Assembly: GCA_965644295.1 (NCBI GenBank)
Contig: CBFFRP010000269.1
Coordinates: forward strand, 1-64,000
Source: Paraphysomonas bandaiensis
Taxonomy: Eukaryota > Protista > Chrysophyceae
Length of the DNA: 64,000 bases
Reading direction: 5' to 3'
Below are positions 60,011 through 64,000 of the stretch, in pieces (within the stretch, counting starts at the first letter, position 1; each line of letters begins with the position of its first letter). The notes beneath the pieces were generated by a model. That model saw nothing but the letters and a program-made list of their open reading frames with translations. It searched no databases and was not told the origin of the DNA. A program made the translations under genes and the position numbers.

Positions 60011-63000
60011 TTACACGACTCTATTGAACCTGTACTCCTCTTCTTCATTATCATATTCTAGTGATGCCGGTAGCCCTCCCAAACCCCCTAAGCCTAGCTG
60101 AAGTCCGAGATCATCGTCACTTTCTACAGCTGGTAGCGGAGAATACTTTCCACTGTGTCGGAAATGGTCAATCTTTCTGGACAAATCTTCCTTTAGCCTG
60201 TTTAGGCGCCTGTTTTAAAGTGCAAATATCAACAGAACTCAGTGTTCAAAACACACAAAGTCTATATGACTTGAAAATATAACTTACCCTCGAGCACGCC
60301 CAATAATACTGGTTCCCGTCGAAGGATTCTGATTACTGGTCTCATCCGATTGATCCACTTGTAGAATAGGTCTTTTATACAACTTCAGTGATATGGACGA
60401 AACCACTACAGATATAGACGATAGAGCCATGCACAAACCAGCGTATTGAGGTGGTAAAATAGAATGTGTGATGGGAAATATTATTCCCGCTGCGACTGGA
60501 ATTGCTAAAACATTATACATCAGCGCCCACAGGAGGTTCAAACGAATACGACCAAATACAACTTTCGCAAGGTCCAATGCGACCACCACATCATGCAAAT
60601 TATTCCGGACCACCACCATATCTGCCGCATCGATTGCAATATGCGTGCCAGCACCAACAGCAATGCCCAAGTCTGACTGTGATATAGCAGGAGAGTCGTT
60701 TATACCTGTACGTAGTGCGTCAAGTTACGTGTCCGTCATCAATACGGTACTTCAATATAGTCACGCAGTGGATAACATAGAGGTCATAACACGTTGAGTG
60801 AGGCAAATACAATACATTATACATATAACTGATGGAATTTTTTAAGGAAATACAAAACAATATGTTTACTCACCATCTCCAACCATCGCTACACACCCGC
60901 CTGCCCTCTGGAGCTCCAACACCTTCCTTACCTTATCCGCTGGGAGAGCTCCAGCAACTATCCTATCTTGCGGGATATGCAACTCGTCCCCAATGGCTTC
61001 TGCAGTGGTGCGGTTATCACCAGTAACCATCCAGATATCTATTCCCATTCTTTTCAGTGCAGCGATGGCTGTACAAGCCTCTGGCTTGATGATATCTGCA
61101 ATCCCTAGAACTCCAATAATCGCAGAATTGAATGCTACACACACTGCTGTCTTCCCCTGTACTTCAAGATCCCACATAGCTGCGTCTATTACAGGCCCAA
61201 GCGTGATGTGGTGCGTCTCCATATGAACTCTGTTGCCCACTAGCACACAGGTACCATCCGGAAATGTGCAACTGACACCCCCAGTGTGCATACCATACTT
61301 TGCGGAGGAGTTGTCCGGTGGAATGATGTGCCGATCCTTAGCAGCGGTAATAATGGCACTAGCAAGTGGGTGCTCACTGTTTTGCTCCGCAAGGGCGGCA
61401 AGTCGAAGCATATGAGCCCTTTGTTCCGATTCTGAATCACGTGTCGCGTTCAAATGATAGTGGCATACTATAAAAGGTGTTACCTAATGCCCCACCGGAC
61501 TGTATGACAGCTGTATCATCAGTCAACACAAGTTCATCCGTGACAGTTGGTTTGCCCAGCGTAAGAGTTCCGGTCTTGTCAAATATAACTGTGTTTACTC
61601 TGCAACACAAGAAATAATGCATTGCATGTATTACCAGCGGATAATTTTCTCTAACTTACTTGTGGGCCACTTCGAATGGGGGTCCACCTTTAATTAAGAC
61701 GCCATTAGTTGCCCCAACAGATGTTCCAACCTATGTTTCGACATCAGCTCGCCGTAAGATACGCAACAAAGTAAACAATAGAAAACTACTGTCCATGAGC
61801 ACATAATAACATACCATTATAGCAGTGGGAGTCGCTAACCCTAAAGCACACGGGCAACTGATGACAACAACAGATATGCAAAATAGTAGCGAAAATAACA
61901 GAGGATCGTGCCCATAACCCGCCTCATTGTACCATCCTAGGGGAACCCGGTGAGTGGAGGAAAAGAAAAACCACACCATGAAGGTCAGCAAAGCCAGGAA
62001 GAGCACACATGGCGTAAACACCCCCGCTACAACATCTGCATACGCCTGAATAGGTGCCTTGTTCATTTGCGCCGCTTCAACAAGTTGAATTATCTGAGAC
62101 AACGCACTCTCTGACCCAAGAGAAGTAACGCGGACGTAGAGCACTCCCTTTTGATTGATCGTACTACCGTAAAGTGAGCTTCCTACCCCACGCATTACAG
62201 GCACAGATTCTCCTGCGCGTATGACACCCATCAAATGTGCTCGATCAGAACAGGCACAAGATTCAAATGCACGGGACTGTTGTGTACATACTAGAGCGTA
62301 TATAAATTCAAACAATTACCGGTTATGAGGGACTCGTCCACGTAGGAGCTACCCCGAACAACCTCCCCATCTGTTGGCACTCTTTCTCCAGGATAAACCT
62401 GTATACAACATTTATCAGTGTTTAGGTTTAATTCTATGAGTAACCCGAGAAAACTATAAACGTATTACCAGAATATAAGCATACCACAGTACCTTAATAA
62501 TGTCGTTTCTTTGCACAAGATCAATATCGATCTCCTGAAGTTCTTCTATGTGGTCAATATTCAAAGCCATCACATCGTCGACACCCGAGCTCCCAATGGG
62601 TGATGACCACTTATTCGATTGAGTGTTGTTACATATAATATCATCGCTATTCACAACCAATGTTGCCTGCGACAACAGAGTATCAGTACAACGAGAACAT
62701 AAAAATATGTTAGTACAATACGGACATAAACGATATCTTACAAGTGCAGTCATGACAAACCAGTACCACTTGATCATCATACTTAGTCTATATATAATAA
62801 TTCACACGTACCTTTCGTGGTTGCAGTTTCAGTAAACTTGTCATGGCAGATGTTGTGGACCCTTTTGCGTAAGCTTCCAAGTACTTACCCAGAGTAACAA
62901 ATAGCAGCAACATTCCTGAAGTTTCGAAGAAAACATGCATTGAAGGTTTATGTGCCATGCAAGAGAAAAAGAGTTCGATCGAGCTATACAAAAAAGTAAT

Positions 63001-64000
63001 TGTAGTTCCAGTAACTACCAAGCAGTCCATTCCATAGCTACCATGTATGGCCCCCATAATGGCAGCTCGATAGAATCTATGACCCACAATGACTTGCATT
63101 GGGAGGTTCAAGCATACCATAATCATTTGTCCCACCGTGACTCCACCCGAGCACATACCAGGCAATGTAAGAAGCATCATTACTCGCGAGGAGCACATCA
63201 TTGCAATATGTAGCAGAACCACTGGAATTCCAAGAGCGCAGGCTATGATAAGGAGTCGCTGCCACTCATTGGTATCTGCATCCACACTGCGGTTCTTGTC
63301 ACTGTTTCTATCATCAGTGTCGGGTATATGTTCGCAAAAATACCCCATATCTCGGATCACTTGAATTACTTTCCGTGGTCCAACGGCTTCTGATGTGCTG
63401 TCATGCAATTTGATTGTAGCCTTGTTATCCATACAGCTGACGCAGGCCTCTGTGACACCAGGAAGTGAGCTCAAGGTGGATTCAATGCGTTTCGCGCAAT
63501 TCGATGACGACATGCCTGTAATATGTAACCTTAGAGTTCGACTTAAGCGAACGGTACTTCCGAGTTTCCTTGGTTCTACTTCCATCGTGGATGAATAGCC
63601 TAAATTCCTAATCGTCATGGACAACCTTTCTGGATCACCAACCACCACAGCATCGTAAGTTACTTCAACGGCCCCAGAGAGTAGGGCCACTCGTACAGAT
63701 GCCACACCATCGATTTTTAGAAGATTCGTTTCAACAGCTTTAGAGCAATTAGCACAGCTCATTCCCCCTACTTTTAGACATAAGACATATATGTTGCCAT
63801 TGTTGATAGTATTGCAATCGCTATCACTATGGCTAACTGACTCCAACGTTTCTTTTCGAGCAATAGCATCTTGCGCTTCCTGCATCGTGCTGTAAGCATC
63901 GCAGGGATAGCCCCCAGTACTCAGCTCCTTCGCAACAGCAGATGGATCAGCGAAACCCCACAGCTTCACAAGAGACTTGCTATATTCGATTTCAACAGAA
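60011..64000 (-). CDS. ATP7: P1B-type Cu-transporting ATPase (ATP7/CopA-like); 5' end outside the window
   Basis: HMA motif GMSCANC; YFE-like [54 protein letters not shown] and MALSS. Confidence 0.95.

Overview
Eukaryotic nuclear DNA with compact genes and short GT-AG introns (mostly 45-130 bp). It is most likely a stramenopile, which is an inference from gene and transposon style. Host genes sit mostly in head-to-head pairs: a RanBP2-zinc-finger/PPR/Smr gene with DMC1; an UNC-93-like MFS with an orphan; a 7TM gustatory-receptor-like gene with an 11-beta-HSD-like SDR; STT3 (carrying a WSC-like tail) with a secreted orphan; an S10 carboxypeptidase with a BTB gene; an ankyrin-JmjC gene with an HTH gene; an SLC25 carrier with an orphan. 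An Hsp70/110-TPR fusion gene and a P1B Cu-ATPase are also present. Divergent spacers carry TACA-type arrays, while convergent spacers collect transposons and six copies of an unclassified ~0.5-kb repeat. The stand-out element is a large non-LTR retrotransposon (1-6809, minus strand, running off the window edge). Its polyprotein places an OTU-like cysteine protease and a SET domain upstream of the APE endonuclease and a frameshifted RT, so it appears to carry its own chromatin writer/eraser modules. Also present are a near-intact MULE with TIRs and TSD, hAT relics and MITEs with nested LTR fragments, a foldback MITE, and a local duplication flanking an AT-rich orphan island. All domain calls are by eye from motifs; no searches were run.
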